Source of the DNA: an uncultured delta proteobacterium
GTDB lineage: Bacteria > Desulfobacterota > Desulfobacteria > Desulfobacterales > QNYZ01
Direction: 5' to 3'
DNA length: 64,000 bases
Assembly (NCBI GenBank): GCA_963845145.1
Contig: CAWJQU010000005.1
Location: 576,001 to 640,000 of the forward strand
Both the position numbers and the translations under genes were made by a program. Positions 19,198-31,362 of the stretch are shown piece after piece. Position 1 is the first letter of the stretch. Every line of letters begins with the position of its first letter. The notes below the pieces were generated by a model, which had not been told where the DNA came from, searched no databases, and saw nothing but the letters and a program-made list of their open reading frames with translations.

Positions 19198-19444
19198 ATC
19201 GGCTCCTTTAGCAACATCATATTTATGAATTAAACAGGATATTCTTTTTAAAAACCGCATCCTTTTGGTATTCCGTTTGTTATTCCGTATCGACAAGAAT
19301 ACCCCACCCGGCAGGACAAGTGCAAGGTGTTTTGATAGACTGCTCTGATGGACGGATGTGCCGTGCGAATGACCGTCATCCATTTACCTCATAGGCCAAC
19401 CCGTTACCGATTCGGCCCATTTGTCCTTTTACCGATGATGCCCT

Positions 19445-19527
19445 GGTTGGATACCAAGTAGGTTGGATACCAGGTTGGTTGGATACCAGGATTGTATGCC
19501 AGGTCTTGGACACCTGGGTTGGATTGT
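19445..19527. repeat. Intergenic tandem repeat: GGTTGGATACCA x3 at 16-bp period plus degenerate copies
   Basis: Exact copies at 19445, 19461 and 19477; decayed copies near 19489, 19502 and 19516. Confidence 0.8.
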
Positions 19528-19834
19528 AAAAAATAACCAAAAAGAGTAAAAGACAATCGCAAAACATTAGACTGCAAGACAACGAACACTAAAATTAAGG
19601 GCAAGCCAAGTATGTCGCTGCCTAATCGGCGGTTTCAGGGTTTACAAAAACGCTGGCCAAATAATGGGGGCGGTTCAATGTCCAGGCCAATACCGCATCC
19701 TACGGCTGGATTGATACCCGCCTGGCGAAAGAGAAAGAAGCCGCCGGAGCCATTTTCACTTTATTAATTATATATCGATTTGCACGCCGATTGGTGGCGA
19801 ATATTTTAATAATTCTAATTGTAGGGGTAATGAC

Positions 19835-21559
19835 ATGCGGTTAAAACAATGGATTTTGATTGGGTGTATTGGGCTGATCTTTTTCTTGGGTGCTTGTTCC
19901 GATAAGGGTAAGGAGGGTGATAAAACGTCCTCAAAAACCGGTGCAGAGGATATTTTTAGTTATGTACCTTCCGAGAGCCCCTACGTATTTGGAAACTTAA
20001 AGCCTATGCCCAAAGCCTATTTAAATAAAATGATTGGCATGTGGCAAAAAATGCAACCGAGTTATGCCAAAATGATGGAGATGCAGTCGCAATCGGCTGA
20101 AAAGCCGGCCGAAAAAGTCATTATGAAGCTTTCCCAAGCGATTCTGACCGAAATGGCAGCGATTAAAACCATCGATGATATACAGTCCCAATTGGGGCTT
20201 TCTTCTGAGACCACCAGCGTCTTCTATGGGCTCGGACTTCTCCCGTCAGGACGGATCCAGATTGCCGACAAAGCAAAGGTAGAGCAGTTGCTCACCCGTC
20301 TGGAGGAAAAAAGCGGCCAAAAGATGTCCACGGCTGAATTAAACGGCCAGGCCTATCGGTTCACCGAGATTAAGGATGAGGTTCACTTAAAGGCCATCCT
20401 CTCCGTCACGGACGATTATCTTATTTTCGGCGTAGTCCCTGGAAAACAGGCCGATTTTGACCAATTTCTACCCCTTCTTTTGGGCGCAAACAAACCTGAA
20501 ACGGCGCTTAGCCGCTCGGATTTCAAGGCAAAACTGAGCCAATATCAATACCCCGGTTACGGCGATGGTTATGCCGATATCCAGCAGATTGCCGCCGTGT
20601 TGCGCGGTGAGGGGGAAGGGCTCAACCTGGCCTCATTTAAAGCCTTGGCTCCGGAACCCGATTTTAAGCTGCAAATCGGCTGCAATACCGATTTCAACCG
20701 CTCATTTTTTTCAAATATACCGCGTCTGATTTTCGGGATGAACACGGTGACGGAAACCACCTTTGATATGGAAATGGTGCTTGAGTTGAGCACCGGCTTG
20801 ATCGAGACTTTTAAAAAACTCCCCCAATCCATCCCCAACATTACCGAGAAAACAGAGCCTATGTTTGCCTTAGGGATAGGCGCCAACATTCCTGAATTGC
20901 GAATGTCGATTCAACGCCTGATTCAGTATATTATCGACAACAATCAGGATTGCCCTGAATTTGATACCGCTAAGCTAAAGGAGATCATGCCCAAATTGAA
21001 CATGGCCTTAAACCCCATGATCAGCGGATTGCAGTCCATCGTTTTCTCCTTGGATCATTTGGAAACCGATGAAAACGGCCAACCTGCAATGGATACGGTC
21101 GGTGCCTGCCTCGCCCTGGAAATGAATGACCCCCAGGGCCTGGTGGCCATGGGCGCCGCGTTTGTTCCCTCTTTGGCCAATCTGAATATCCCGTCCGATG
21201 GCACAGCCGTAGCCATCCCGCTGGATGGATTGCCGTTGCCGATTCCAGGCCTCTACGCAGCCATTAAAGATAAGCGCTTGGTTCTCTCCATGGGCAAAGA
21301 AGCGGAAACCCGTGCACAGGGCGCGATTGGCGGTGAGGGTATCGCGGATCGCCCCCTTGTCTGGAGCACGTATCAGACCAGTGCCTGGGAACAATTTCTA
21401 AAGTCGGGGCTGAACATTACGAAACAGATGGACAAAGCCGACCAAGATACAATCATGGAGATGTTTGAACAATATAAAGAGATGTTCAAAAGTATCGGTG
21501 GGGGAATCTATGTCACTGATAAGGGCCTGTCTTTTCGGGAAAAAGTTATTTTTAATTAA
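19835..21559 (+). CDS. Putative lipoprotein of unknown function
   Basis: Signal peptide ending in lipobox LGAC; 574-aa soluble ORF. Confidence 0.75.
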   Translation: MRLKQWILIGCIGLIFFLGACSDKGKEGDKTSSKTGAEDIFSYVPSESPYVFGNLKPMPKAYLNKMIGMWQKMQPSYAKMMEMQSQSAEKPAEKVIMKLSQAILTEMAAIKTIDDIQSQLGLSSETTSVFYGLGLLPSGRIQIADKAKVEQLLTRLEEKSGQKMSTAELNGQAYRFTEIKDEVHLKAILSVTDDYLIFGVVPGKQADFDQFLPLLLGANKPETALSRSDFKAKLSQYQYPGYGDGYADIQQIAAVLRGEGEGLNLASFKALAPEPDFKLQIGCNTDFNRSFFSNIPRLIFGMNTVTETTFDMEMVLELSTGLIETFKKLPQSIPNITEKTEPMFALGIGANIPELRMSIQRLIQYIIDNNQDCPEFDTAKLKEIMPKLNMALNPMISGLQSIVFSLDHLETDENGQPAMDTVGACLALEMNDPQGLVAMGAAFVPSLANLNIPSDGTAVAIPLDGLPLPIPGLYAAIKDKRLVLSMGKEAETRAQGAIGGEGIADRPLVWSTYQTSAWEQFLKSGLNITKQMDKADQDTIMEMFEQYKEMFKSIGGGIYVTDKGLSFREKVIFN

Positions 21560-21651
21560 CCGGATGGTGGGTGCCCAGTACCATTGAGAATTACACTCTT
21601 TTAATTGTGGCGAACATGCCGAGAACGGTTTTACAGTTAGGAGTATACGAT

Positions 21652-22149
21652 ATGAAAAATGTTGATTCCATGGCAATTGCCGAAAAGGCAATGAAACAAA
21701 TTAAGAAAGGCGCTTTTTTAACGGTAAAAACAGCCGACCAATTGAACACCATGACCATCGGGTGGGCCACCATTGGCTATTCCTGGCAAAAACCGATCTT
21801 TATGGTTGTTGTACGTGATTCTCGCCATACCTTCGGCATCATTGAAAAGGCCTCTGATTTCACCGTTTCGGTGCCGTCTGTCGATATGAAAAAAGAACTC
21901 ATGTTTTGCGGCACCAAATCCGGAAGGGATGTGGATAAATTTAAGGCCTGCAACTTAACTCTGTCTGAGGGCCACGACGTAATCTCTCCCATTATCGATA
22001 CGCTGGGTTTGCATTTCGAATGCAAGATCGTTCTCAAAGCACCGATGAATCCCGATTATCTTATCGATGCATATGAAAAACTTTATCCCGAGAAAGATTA
22101 CCACACCCTTTATTTTGGTGAAATTCTGGCTTGTTATGAACTAGAATAG
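21652..22149 (+). CDS. Flavin reductase-like (flavoredoxin) protein
   Basis: NTMTIGW, CGTKSGRDVDKF, HTLYFGEI; RBS AGGAG. Confidence 0.88.
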   Translation: MKNVDSMAIAEKAMKQIKKGAFLTVKTADQLNTMTIGWATIGYSWQKPIFMVVVRDSRHTFGIIEKASDFTVSVPSVDMKKELMFCGTKSGRDVDKFKACNLTLSEGHDVISPIIDTLGLHFECKIVLKAPMNPDYLIDAYEKLYPEKDYHTLYFGEILACYELE

Positions 22150-22229
22150 GCGGTGGGGTTTTGATTATCCATCCACAAATCACGCCTATTTAGAAAGAGG
22201 CGTGGTTTGATGGATGATCGCTTAAGGAG

Positions 22230-22547
22230 CTGATTATACACATCTCGCTACATTTTATAGTACCCGCCATTATCGTCGCCCTGTTCTTTCGAAAAGATTG
22301 GAAAGTCGCATATTTCACCATGGCGGCCACCATGCTCGTGGACCTGGATCATCTGCTGGCAAACCCGGTGTACGATCCTGAGCGGTGCAGCATCGGTTTT
22401 CACCCGATGCACGGTTTATTGCCCATCGCCCTCTATATCGCCATTTGTTTGGTTCCCAAACTTCGGTATGTCGGGATGGGTTTGGTGATTCATATGGCCT
22501 TGGACTGGGTCGATTGCCAAATACCCGGAAACCTCGGCCTGGGCTGA
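22230..22547 (+). CDS. DUF6122-family membrane protein (start uncertain)
   Basis: The frame is open upstream of ATG 22320: LIIHISLHFIVPAIIVALFFRKDWK...MLVDLDHLLANPVYDPERCSIGFHPMH. No in-frame ATG/GTG/TTG precedes the conserved N-terminal helix. Confidence 0.7.
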   Translation: MIIHISLHFIVPAIIVALFFRKDWKVAYFTMAATMLVDLDHLLANPVYDPERCSIGFHPMHGLLPIALYIAICLVPKLRYVGMGLVIHMALDWVDCQIPGNLGLG

Positions 22548-22925
22548 TTGTCTTTGGCGCCATTTGGCCTGAATGACGTTGGCCCCTGACGGTAGCCTTA
22601 TTTGGTCACCCCAACCGAATTCACATCCGTTTATCATTTTCAATCATCACTTCCGTGACAACCACCCCCCTTTGTGTCAGTCCCTCACGAATATGGTTAA
22701 AACAGGGCTCACTTTTGCCAAGAAATTCCGGTGGAAGGATACCCTTAGTATATTCCGAAAAAACGAAGTATTAAACCATTATAACCTGGATAAACGCATT
22801 TAATTCAAGATCGGGAAAATGAGATTTAAATTTAAAGAATTTAATTCAAGTTATTTAAAAAAATGCCAATAACCTTTCAGAGAGATAGACCCTGATGTGC
22901 CGGTTTTTATAATAGAGCAAAAAAT

Positions 22926-23843
22926 ATGACTGATAATTATATCCCAGCAAGAAAATCTCACTTACACTATTATCGTGATGTCCCCCTTTTTGCACATAAC
23001 AAAGAAGGTGAATACGTTCTTTACAAGAAACCCGGCATCAATTTGGCGGATGTCCGAATCAATCAGGAGCTGCATCCGGACATTTTTTATATTGAAAAAA
23101 AAGATAAATTAGCCGGGATTCGCGAAGTTCAAACGGCCTTTAATAAACAGCTTGAAGAAAATATAAATCAAAACGCACCCAAAAAAGTTAAGGATACAAT
23201 CATTGCCATTGTTGAAGAGACTTACCGTGAGCCCAGAACGGGGAGCATTGAGGGTCTGTCGGCAACCGTTGACATACTGGTTAGTGACATCGCCCATGAA
23301 AATGACATTATAAGGAATTTGCTTTTTGTTTCCAGTAACGATTACACGTCGGTGTTACATTCGATTAATGTAATGGCCCTTGTTCTTGGGTATGCAACAA
23401 AAGAAAACTTCTCTTTGGAGGAGAAGAAAATACTGGGCTTAAGCGCCCTTTTGCATGATGTCGGCAAAGCGAAAATTGATTCCGAGATTCTTACAGCGCC
23501 CAGAAAGTTAACCAAGGGTGAGTTTGAAAAAATGAAATCCCACACCACCATCGGCTACCGAATCCTCAACAGCTGTAAATTCACCTATCCTGAAATAAAA
23601 TTAAGCGCATTTCAACATCATGAAAAAAAAGACGGTTCCGGCTACCCGACCAAACGGTCAGATATATCGAAAACAGCACAAATCGTGGGCATCGTTGATT
23701 GCTATGAAGCATTGACCAATGACGACAGGCCCTACCGAAGTGCCATGGAACCTTTCAAAGCATTAACGATTATTAAAGAAGACGTGGAGGCCGGTAAATT
23801 CAATAAAGGTGTTTTTGAAAAGTTTTGCCGCAGTCTCCTCTAA
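22926..23843 (+). CDS. HD-GYP domain protein (putative cyclic dinucleotide phosphodiesterase)
   Basis: HSINV, LHDVGK, HHEKKDGSGYP, DCYEALT..RPYR. Confidence 0.9.
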   Translation: MTDNYIPARKSHLHYYRDVPLFAHNKEGEYVLYKKPGINLADVRINQELHPDIFYIEKKDKLAGIREVQTAFNKQLEENINQNAPKKVKDTIIAIVEETYREPRTGSIEGLSATVDILVSDIAHENDIIRNLLFVSSNDYTSVLHSINVMALVLGYATKENFSLEEKKILGLSALLHDVGKAKIDSEILTAPRKLTKGEFEKMKSHTTIGYRILNSCKFTYPEIKLSAFQHHEKKDGSGYPTKRSDISKTAQIVGIVDCYEALTNDDRPYRSAMEPFKALTIIKEDVEAGKFNKGVFEKFCRSLL

Positions 23844-23891
23844 TCCTGATAGAACCATTACGCTCAATATTTTGATTTATTGCTGGGTTCG

Positions 23892-25348
23892 TCAATGTCT
23901 GACCGTCAGGTGATAAAGTTGGTCCTGCCGTTGAAGGAGGATAATCAGAGATGCTTTATGCCGGTATCGGGCAACAGCTTTGTGGTAGTCTTTGAGCGTA
24001 TTAACGGTGATTTCGTCGATTCGCCGAATGACATCTCCGGGGCGCACACCGATCTGCGTCAGGTAGGCGCTCCGTTCCATTTCAAGAATGACCACACCCT
24101 TATCGGTTTGAAGGCCGTACCGTCGCCGATATTTGGCACTGATGTCAGCGGCGACAATGCCGAAGTTCTTTTGTGCCAGGCGTTCTGCGAGATCGTCGGG
24201 AAACAGGGCCGTTTTTACATCAAGGGCAACCTTCTTTGAATCCCTCCAGATGGCTACCGCCAGATTATGACCCGTTGGGGTTTCTTTTAAGACCGCCTGG
24301 TAATCGGCCCGCGACTCAATAGGGCGCCGGCCGATGGATAGGATAATATCGCCGCTTTTAATGCCCGCTTTTCGGGCCGGACTGGGAGAGAGCACCTCTT
24401 TAACCAGCATACCGCCGTTTTTTCTTCTCAGACGATCCGGAATTTTCAGGTATCCGGCCAATTCCTTATCGATGGGTTGAATAATCAAACCAATCCACGA
24501 CTGGATGACCTCACCGTATTGAATCAGGTCGGAAATGATTTTTTTAGCCCGGTCGATGGGAATGGCAAACCCGATACCCTGGGCTTTGGCGTAAACCGCT
24601 GTATTAATGCCGATAAGCTCCCCGTGGATATTTAACAAAGGTCCGCCGCTGTTACCCGGATTGATGGATGCATCCGTTTGGATAAAATCCCGATAGACCC
24701 GATTATCGGTCCGAACGCTGCGATTCAAGGCGCTGATAACGCCGGTAGTAACGGTATGGGAAAAGCCGAAAGGATTGCCGATGGCAATGACGGTTTCGCC
24801 GATCATCAGGTCCTGGTCGGTACCCATCTCCACCGCCGGAAGGGGCTTTTTTGACTCGATGCGCAGTACCGCCAGGTCCGAATCGAGATCTGCTCCGACA
24901 ATCTGGGCGGTAAATTCACGTTCGTCTTTTAAGAACGACCTCGATACTTCCCGTTTTTTCGATGACATGGGCGTTTGTCAGAATATAGCCCTGACGACCG
25001 TCGATGATAACCCCCGAACCAAGGCTGGCCCGCTGGTAATGCCGTTCAAATTCCGGGTCGAAAAAATCTTTGAAAAACGAATCGAAAAAGGGATGACCGC
25101 CAAAATCGGAGAACGGGTTGGCCCGCTTGTCGAACTTCCTGACGGGAACTGATATTGACCACTGCCGGTCCGATTTTACGAACCGCTTTAACCACCGGAC
25201 TTTCCCTTGTTATCGGGGTGGCGATGGTTTTAGCCACTGTTTCAGCGTGACCTATTCTCTCTGAACCCGTCCAGGTCGCCAGTATAAGCAATACCCCAAT
25301 TAATCCTCCGATTCGGAGCGACGGCAATTTAATGGCTATTCCCCGCAT
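23892..25348 (-). CDS. Do/DegQ (HtrA) serine protease with PDZ domains, two frameshifts (~25125, ~24933)
   Basis: PAVVNIS, then a middle frame SLGSGVIID..YILTNAHVI, then DLAVL, IQTDASINPGNSGGPL and two PDZ-like segments. Confidence 0.88.
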
Positions 25349-28300
25349 ATCCTATTCCCCGTTCACCCAGATTCCCGTATCGATGGTAGGTATCACAAAT
25401 ACTCTGGTTGATAAAATAATGGATCAACTCCAGGCGACCATCCATCAAAACCGGCGTCCGGGCTATATAAAACCCTGTTTTCGCAGCCGCCTCAAATACC
25501 GACACCGGCACCCGATCTTCGGCGGCATAACGAATGCGTTGGATGCCGCTAAAAGTAGGCGATCACCTCCTCATCTGTTTGCCTCAGGACGGTCGCCCCT
25601 TCAAGCAGGGGCTCACCCTGCCTGCCGAACAGAAAAGCTGTCGCCGAATTGTCTAAATCCGGCGGTAAACTGATCAGCGGCTGCGACCGAGCGATGATTG
25701 TTGCCGCAATTCTTGCCAGTGTATCAAATACGGTATCATCGGTATGAAGCCTCACCATGATTGTACCGACCGGTAGATAGCGCAGAATGTTATCCTGGCC
25801 CCGTAAGTGAAAGTAGTCTTTTTCACGGTTAAATGTATGTTGCGCATGATAAAGATAACTTTCAACAGCACGCACGGCTTTTCTGATATCGTCCCCAATA
25901 TCGGGAAATCGGCCCCAGTCTACCTGCTGCATCCACATCTGGGCAGTGGCCAGCATCCGGTTTTTTTTATGGATGGCGCCCACCCGCGGCATACCGGTTT
26001 CGGTGATGTTCATAAATTGAGTGACATAGTTCGGCCCGCCGGCCTTGATTCCGGGCCCCAGGGCAGACTTGCCGACTCCGCCGAAAGGTTGCCGCAGAAC
26101 AATGGCGCCGGTCGTTCCCCGGTTTACATACAGATTGCCAGCCTTAATACCGGCTTTCCATGCTTTCTGTTCACGCACATCGAGACTTTCTAAACCGGAG
26201 GTCAACCCGTAGCCGGTCTCATTCACATAATCCATGGCCTGGTCCAGATCGTCGGCCCGCATAACCCCCAGAAGGGGGCCGAAAAATTCAGTACGGTGCG
26301 TTTTCGACCCAGGTCGTCACATTCCATTTGATGCCAGGTGTCCAGATATGGGGGTTCGCGTTAACTATTTCCGGCTTGAGAGCCCAGGATTCACCGGGTA
26401 AAAGTTCGGTCAAGGCTTCTTTCAAGTCCCCCTGGGGAGGACGAATCAGCGGTCCCATGCGGTTGTGAAATTCCCATGCCGAACCCAACCGCCAGACTTT
26501 TGCGACATCTATGAGCTGTTGTTTGAAATGAGCGTCTTCGAACACCTCTTTCACAAGAATCAGCAGCGATGTGGCCGAGCATTTCTGGCCGCAATGGCCG
26601 AAGGCCGAATAAATGACGTTATTGATCGCCTGGCCCCGATCAGACATGGCGGTGATAATGGTTGCATTTTTTCCGCCGGTTTCCGCCGATAAAAAAGTAC
26701 TCGGCTTTGCGTTCAATATTCTAAGGCCCGTATCCGTTCCACCCGTTAAGATGACAAAATCGACATCCGGATGGGAGATCAGCTTTTGCCCCGACTGACT
26801 GCCCTCACAGGGCACGAATTGCAGTGTGTTTTGGGATATACCGGCCTCCCAGAAGCAGCGGCACAATTCCCAGGCCACCAGTACGGCATGGGAAGACGGT
26901 TTGAATATCACGGTATTTCCGGCCGCCAGCGCCGCCACTATGCCGCCGCAGGGAATGGCAATGGGAAAGTTCCAGGGTGAAATCACCACCCCGACCCCTT
27001 TTCCCTGAATGTTGAGATGGTCGATATCAAAAAAGGGGGCGGCGGAAAAGGGATAATATTCGGCAAAATCGACGGCTTCGGATACCTCGACATCCGCTTC
27101 GCTGAAAATCTTTCCGGTATTGGCAACGGCGGCCCCGACCAGGTTGCCCCGCGCCCGGCGCAAATTATGGGCGACATCGGTTAGAATTCGATGACGTTCG
27201 CGATGACCGGTATGGCGCCATCCATCCGGGTCCGCTTTAGCCGTAACCACGGCTTGAATCAAATTGTTTTCATCCGCCAGCGCATACCGGGCCACGCACG
27301 CCTGGTCATGGTATTGGGACGGATCCATGGTCGAGCGACTGTGCCGATCTTCGAAGATTTCACGGCCCGCCACCACAACCGGAATTTGCATCGGTGCATC
27401 ATCCGGTCTTTTTTGCCACTTTTCCCGAATGGCCCGGGCCCAATCACGATTAAATTGAGCGGTCCAGTCCGTATCGGACTCGTTTCGAAACCCATTGTCA
27501 TAATAAGTGCCGGTTTTGGCCTGGATCGTTTCACGACAGCGATCCTGGCTCCGATGGGGCTCGGTACCGGCGGATGCCATTCGACCGATTGAAGCGATGA
27601 AATGGTTTTCCAAAAACGTCCAGGCGGAGGAATCGGTTTTCAGGTTGGGGGCATGACGTAAAAAATTTTCTTCAGAAGTGTTCTCATCCAGGCGCCGGAT
27701 GAGGTAAGCGATGGCATTGATAAACGCCTCTTTGGTTGCCACGGGTGCGTATAAAAGCACATCCTCGTTTGTTTCCCCCAGAGCCCGCCTGACATGATCG
27801 GCCATTCCTTCCAGCATTTCGAAATAAAAAAAATCACTCACTTGGTTTGCTTGGCCCAGTTCATAGGCAAAGGCCAATTCAAAAAGATTGTGGGAGGCGA
27901 TCCCCAGATTAACCGCCCGGATGTTATCGGGATCCATGCCGAAACGGACCATACGCTTGTAATTGGCGTCCACATCCAGCTTGTTGTCGTAAGGCGCCAG
28001 GGGCCAGTTGTGCAACGCGGACTCCACCTGCTCCATTTCCATGTTGGCCCCTTTAACGATACGTATTTTTATGGGGCTACCCCCCGCGGCGACCCGTTCT
28101 TTGGCCCACTCGGTCAGCTTACACTGGATATTAAATGAATCGGGCAGGTACGCCTGCAACACGATTCCCGCCGAGTGACTGGTGAATTCGGGCTGTGAGA
28201 GGGTTTGCATGAACGCCGCTGTGGTAATATCAAGATCGCGGTACTCTTCCATATCGAGATTGACAAATTTTGAGACGCGGGTGCCGTCTTGACGGACAAA

Positions 28301-28951
28301 TTCATTTTTGGCCGCCTGGTGATACAACCGTGAGAGCCGCTCCACCAGAATGGCGACGGTGTGGTCAAAGGCCAGTGAATGAATCTGGGAATAAATAGTG
28401 GATATCTTCACCGAGATATACTCAACCTCGGGATCTTTCAGATCCTGCAGGTAGGTTTTCAGGCGACGTCGGGCCTCTTCTTCCCCTAAAACCGCCTCGC
28501 CCAGATGGTTGATATTCATCCGCACGCCCTGTTTTTTCCTTTTGGCCAAATGGGCATGGAGAGGTCCCGGTTCACCGGATATAATAGCGCGGCTGCTGTT
28601 GTTCCGCATTTTATCGACCAGTTTAGATACGGTGAATTCGGGGAAATGGCGGCCAAACCCAAGAAACATCTGTACCAGCAGCTTGTCGACTTTCGGCAGA
28701 AAATCGGGTGTGCCATGTTTTTTAAGCAAATGGTTCATCTGATCGGCCACCCGCTTGGCGTCATTCGAGCGAAAACATTGGTCGATCATCTTCGTAAGGA
28801 CCACTTTGTCCATGGGGTGCGATAACAAACGACGCATCTGTTCCTGGATTCCTTTTTCTTCATGCGTCAAAAGTTCATTGGCCCGATCTTGCCATTGTCG
28901 AGCCCGGGCAACCGCTTTTTTAGTTAAATTATCTGCAGGTTGAGTATCCAT
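25329..28951 (-). CDS. putA: Bifunctional proline dehydrogenase / P5C dehydrogenase PutA, frameshifted (~26300, ~25552)
   Basis: PRODH motifs NLDMEEY, VLQAYLPD, RIVKGAN, ASHN, EMLEGM, YLIRRLDEN; ALDH motifs SPWNFP, AETGGKNA, GQKCSA, EFFGP, YGLTSG, QPFGG; ends YHRYGNLG. Confidence 0.92.
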
Positions 28952-29284
28952 TTGATGAAAGTCTCCTTTAATACCATTAAGTATCGTTAATGATCCTCTC
29001 AATCTTGTCGATTCATACCATTTTTTCAACCAAACCGGAACGCTTGAATCGGACACAACAAATGGCGCTATTTAATCAATCCGGCGCCGACCATAAAAAA
29101 GAAAAAGGCCCGGTGGCTACTGAATTGACCAGATTATCCCCGGATCATCCCCTGTTTGACAATGGGGTCTGATGACAGTATTTTATTTTTATCAGAGATA
29201 AGCCACTGACTGGACCGCCCCGTCAGAAGGACCCGTGACCGATATCTTGGCCCTCATAATCTTTCACTGCGACGATTGCCCCAT

Positions 29285-30520
29285 ATGACCCGTTATACGC
29301 AAAAAGAAATTCAAGACATGGATCGCCTTGATCCATTGGCCAAAAAGCGTTCTGAATTCGATATTCCGTCCGACCTGATCTACCTGGACGGTAATTCCCT
29401 GGGTGTTTTACCGAAATCGGTACCCGCTCACCTGAATGAAGTGGTGACGCGGCAGTGGGGTAAAAGCCTCATCCGGGGCTGGAACGAACACCACTGGATC
29501 GATTTGCCGACGCGGGTGGGAGATAAAATCGCACAGCTCATCGGCGCAGATTCAGGGACAGTGGTCGCCACCGATTCCACCTCGATTAATCTCTTTAAAG
29601 TGCTGGCGGCGGCGCTTACCCTGCGGCCCGAGCGCAAGGTCATTCTTTCGGATACGGGAAACTTTCCCACCGACCTTTACATGGCCCAGGGGTTGCGTGA
29701 TCTGTTGGCACATGGTCACCACTTGAAACTGGTCGCCCCGGAACAAGTGGAATCCGCCATCGACGAATCCGTCGCGGTGTTGATGTTGACCGAAGTCGAT
29801 TACAAAACGGGCCGCAGACACGCGATGGCACCGTTGACGAAGAACGCCCATAATGTCGGTGCCGTTGCCGTGTGGGATCTGGCACACTCTGCGGGTGCTT
29901 TCCCGGTTGACCTCAAGGGTGCAGGGGCAGATTTCGCCGTGGGTTGTGGTTACAAGTATTTAAACGGCGGCCCCGGCGCGCCGGCATTTCTCTACGTGGC
30001 ACCAAAACATCAAGAGCGGGTAGCGCCACCGCTTTCCGGCTGGATGGGGCATGCAGCGCCTTTTGTATTCGATCTGGACTATCACCCCGCCGCTGGTGTC
30101 GATCGTATGCGGGTGGGGACGCCCCCGGTACTTTCACTCGCCGCCCTGGATCGTGCACTCGATGTCTTTGCCGATGTCGATCTGTCGGAATTGAGCAACA
30201 AATCCGTCAGCCTTTGTGAACTCTTCATCACCGAGGTCGCAGAGCGTTGCCCCGATTTGGTGTTGGTTAGTCCGCGAGATGCGCGTCATCGCGGCAGTCA
30301 GGTGTCGTTTCGCTGCAATTATGGTTACCCCCTGATGCAAGCGTTGATTGCACGCAACGTCATTGGTGATTTCCGTGCACCCGATATCGTACGTTTCGGC
30401 TTCACGCCCCTTTACCTATCCCATGGGGATGTGTTCCGGGCAGCCGAAATATTAGAAGACATCACCATCACCCGTGCTTGGGATCGACCTGAATTCAAAA
30501 TTAGGGCGAAGGTAACATGA
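29285..30520 (+). CDS. kynU: Kynureninase
   Basis: [58 protein letters not shown]. Confidence 0.95.
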   Translation: MTRYTQKEIQDMDRLDPLAKKRSEFDIPSDLIYLDGNSLGVLPKSVPAHLNEVVTRQWGKSLIRGWNEHHWIDLPTRVGDKIAQLIGADSGTVVATDSTSINLFKVLAAALTLRPERKVILSDTGNFPTDLYMAQGLRDLLAHGHHLKLVAPEQVESAIDESVAVLMLTEVDYKTGRRHAMAPLTKNAHNVGAVAVWDLAHSAGAFPVDLKGAGADFAVGCGYKYLNGGPGAPAFLYVAPKHQERVAPPLSGWMGHAAPFVFDLDYHPAAGVDRMRVGTPPVLSLAALDRALDVFADVDLSELSNKSVSLCELFITEVAERCPDLVLVSPRDARHRGSQVSFRCNYGYPLMQALIARNVIGDFRAPDIVRFGFTPLYLSHGDVFRAAEILEDITITRAWDRPEFKIRAKVT

Positions 30521-31362
30521 ACGAAAAAAAAATACCCTTTGATCCTGCCTCCGATGGCGCCCAAATGACATTCGACGGGCGCATGGCATATGGGAATTAC
30601 CTCGCGTTGGACAAATTGTTAAACGCCCAAAAGCCACTCTCCAAGGCCCACGATGAGATGCTGTTCATCATTCAGCATCAAACAACGGAACTGTGGATGA
30701 AACTGGCGATACACGAATTGCACGAGGTCAAAAAGCGAATGGGTACCGACGATCTGGCGCCGGCATTTAAACTGTTGGCCCGTGTCATCCGAATTTTTGA
30801 TCAGCTCAATCAGGCCTGGCAGGTCTTGCGGACCATGACACCCTCCGACTATACCACGTTTCGCGAAGACCTGGGTCAAGCCTCCGGTTTCCAATCCTAT
30901 CAATACCGAGCCATCGAGTATTTGGCGGGTAATAAAAACGCCGCCATGCTGCGACCCCATGAACATCTTCCCGAAGTGCATCGCCGGCTTAAAGTGTTGC
31001 TAAACGAGACCAGCCTCTATGATGAGGCGATCAAACTGCTGTCTCGCAATGGTTTTGCCATTGACGACGATGTGCTCAATCGGGATTTTAGCGGGCCCTA
31101 CGTTCCAAACGACTCTGTCCAGAATGCCTGGATTGCTGTTTACCAAGACCCTGAAAAATACTGGTCTTTATATAATCTGGCCGAAAAGCTGATAGATTTT
31201 GAAGATTACTTTCGGCGGTGGCGCTTCAACCATGTCACCACGGTGGAACGTATCATCGGATCGAAGCGCGGTACGGGCGGAACCTCCGGGGTCCCGTATC
31301 TGCGACGCATGCTGGACGTCGTTCTCTTTCCGGAGCTATGGTCGCTTAGGGGCAGCCTGTGA
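30517..31362 (+). CDS. kynA: Tryptophan 2,3-dioxygenase
   Basis: [54 protein letters not shown]. Confidence 0.95.
   Translation: MNEKKIPFDPASDGAQMTFDGRMAYGNYLALDKLLNAQKPLSKAHDEMLFIIQHQTTELWMKLAIHELHEVKKRMGTDDLAPAFKLLARVIRIFDQLNQAWQVLRTMTPSDYTTFREDLGQASGFQSYQYRAIEYLAGNKNAAMLRPHEHLPEVHRRLKVLLNETSLYDEAIKLLSRNGFAIDDDVLNRDFSGPYVPNDSVQNAWIAVYQDPEKYWSLYNLAEKLIDFEDYFRRWRFNHVTTVERIIGSKRGTGGTSGVPYLRRMLDVVLFPELWSLRGSL

Noticed and set aside
19445..19527. Possible CRISPR array
   Set aside because: The units are 12 bp with 4-nt linkers; there are no spacer-length sequences and no cas genes.
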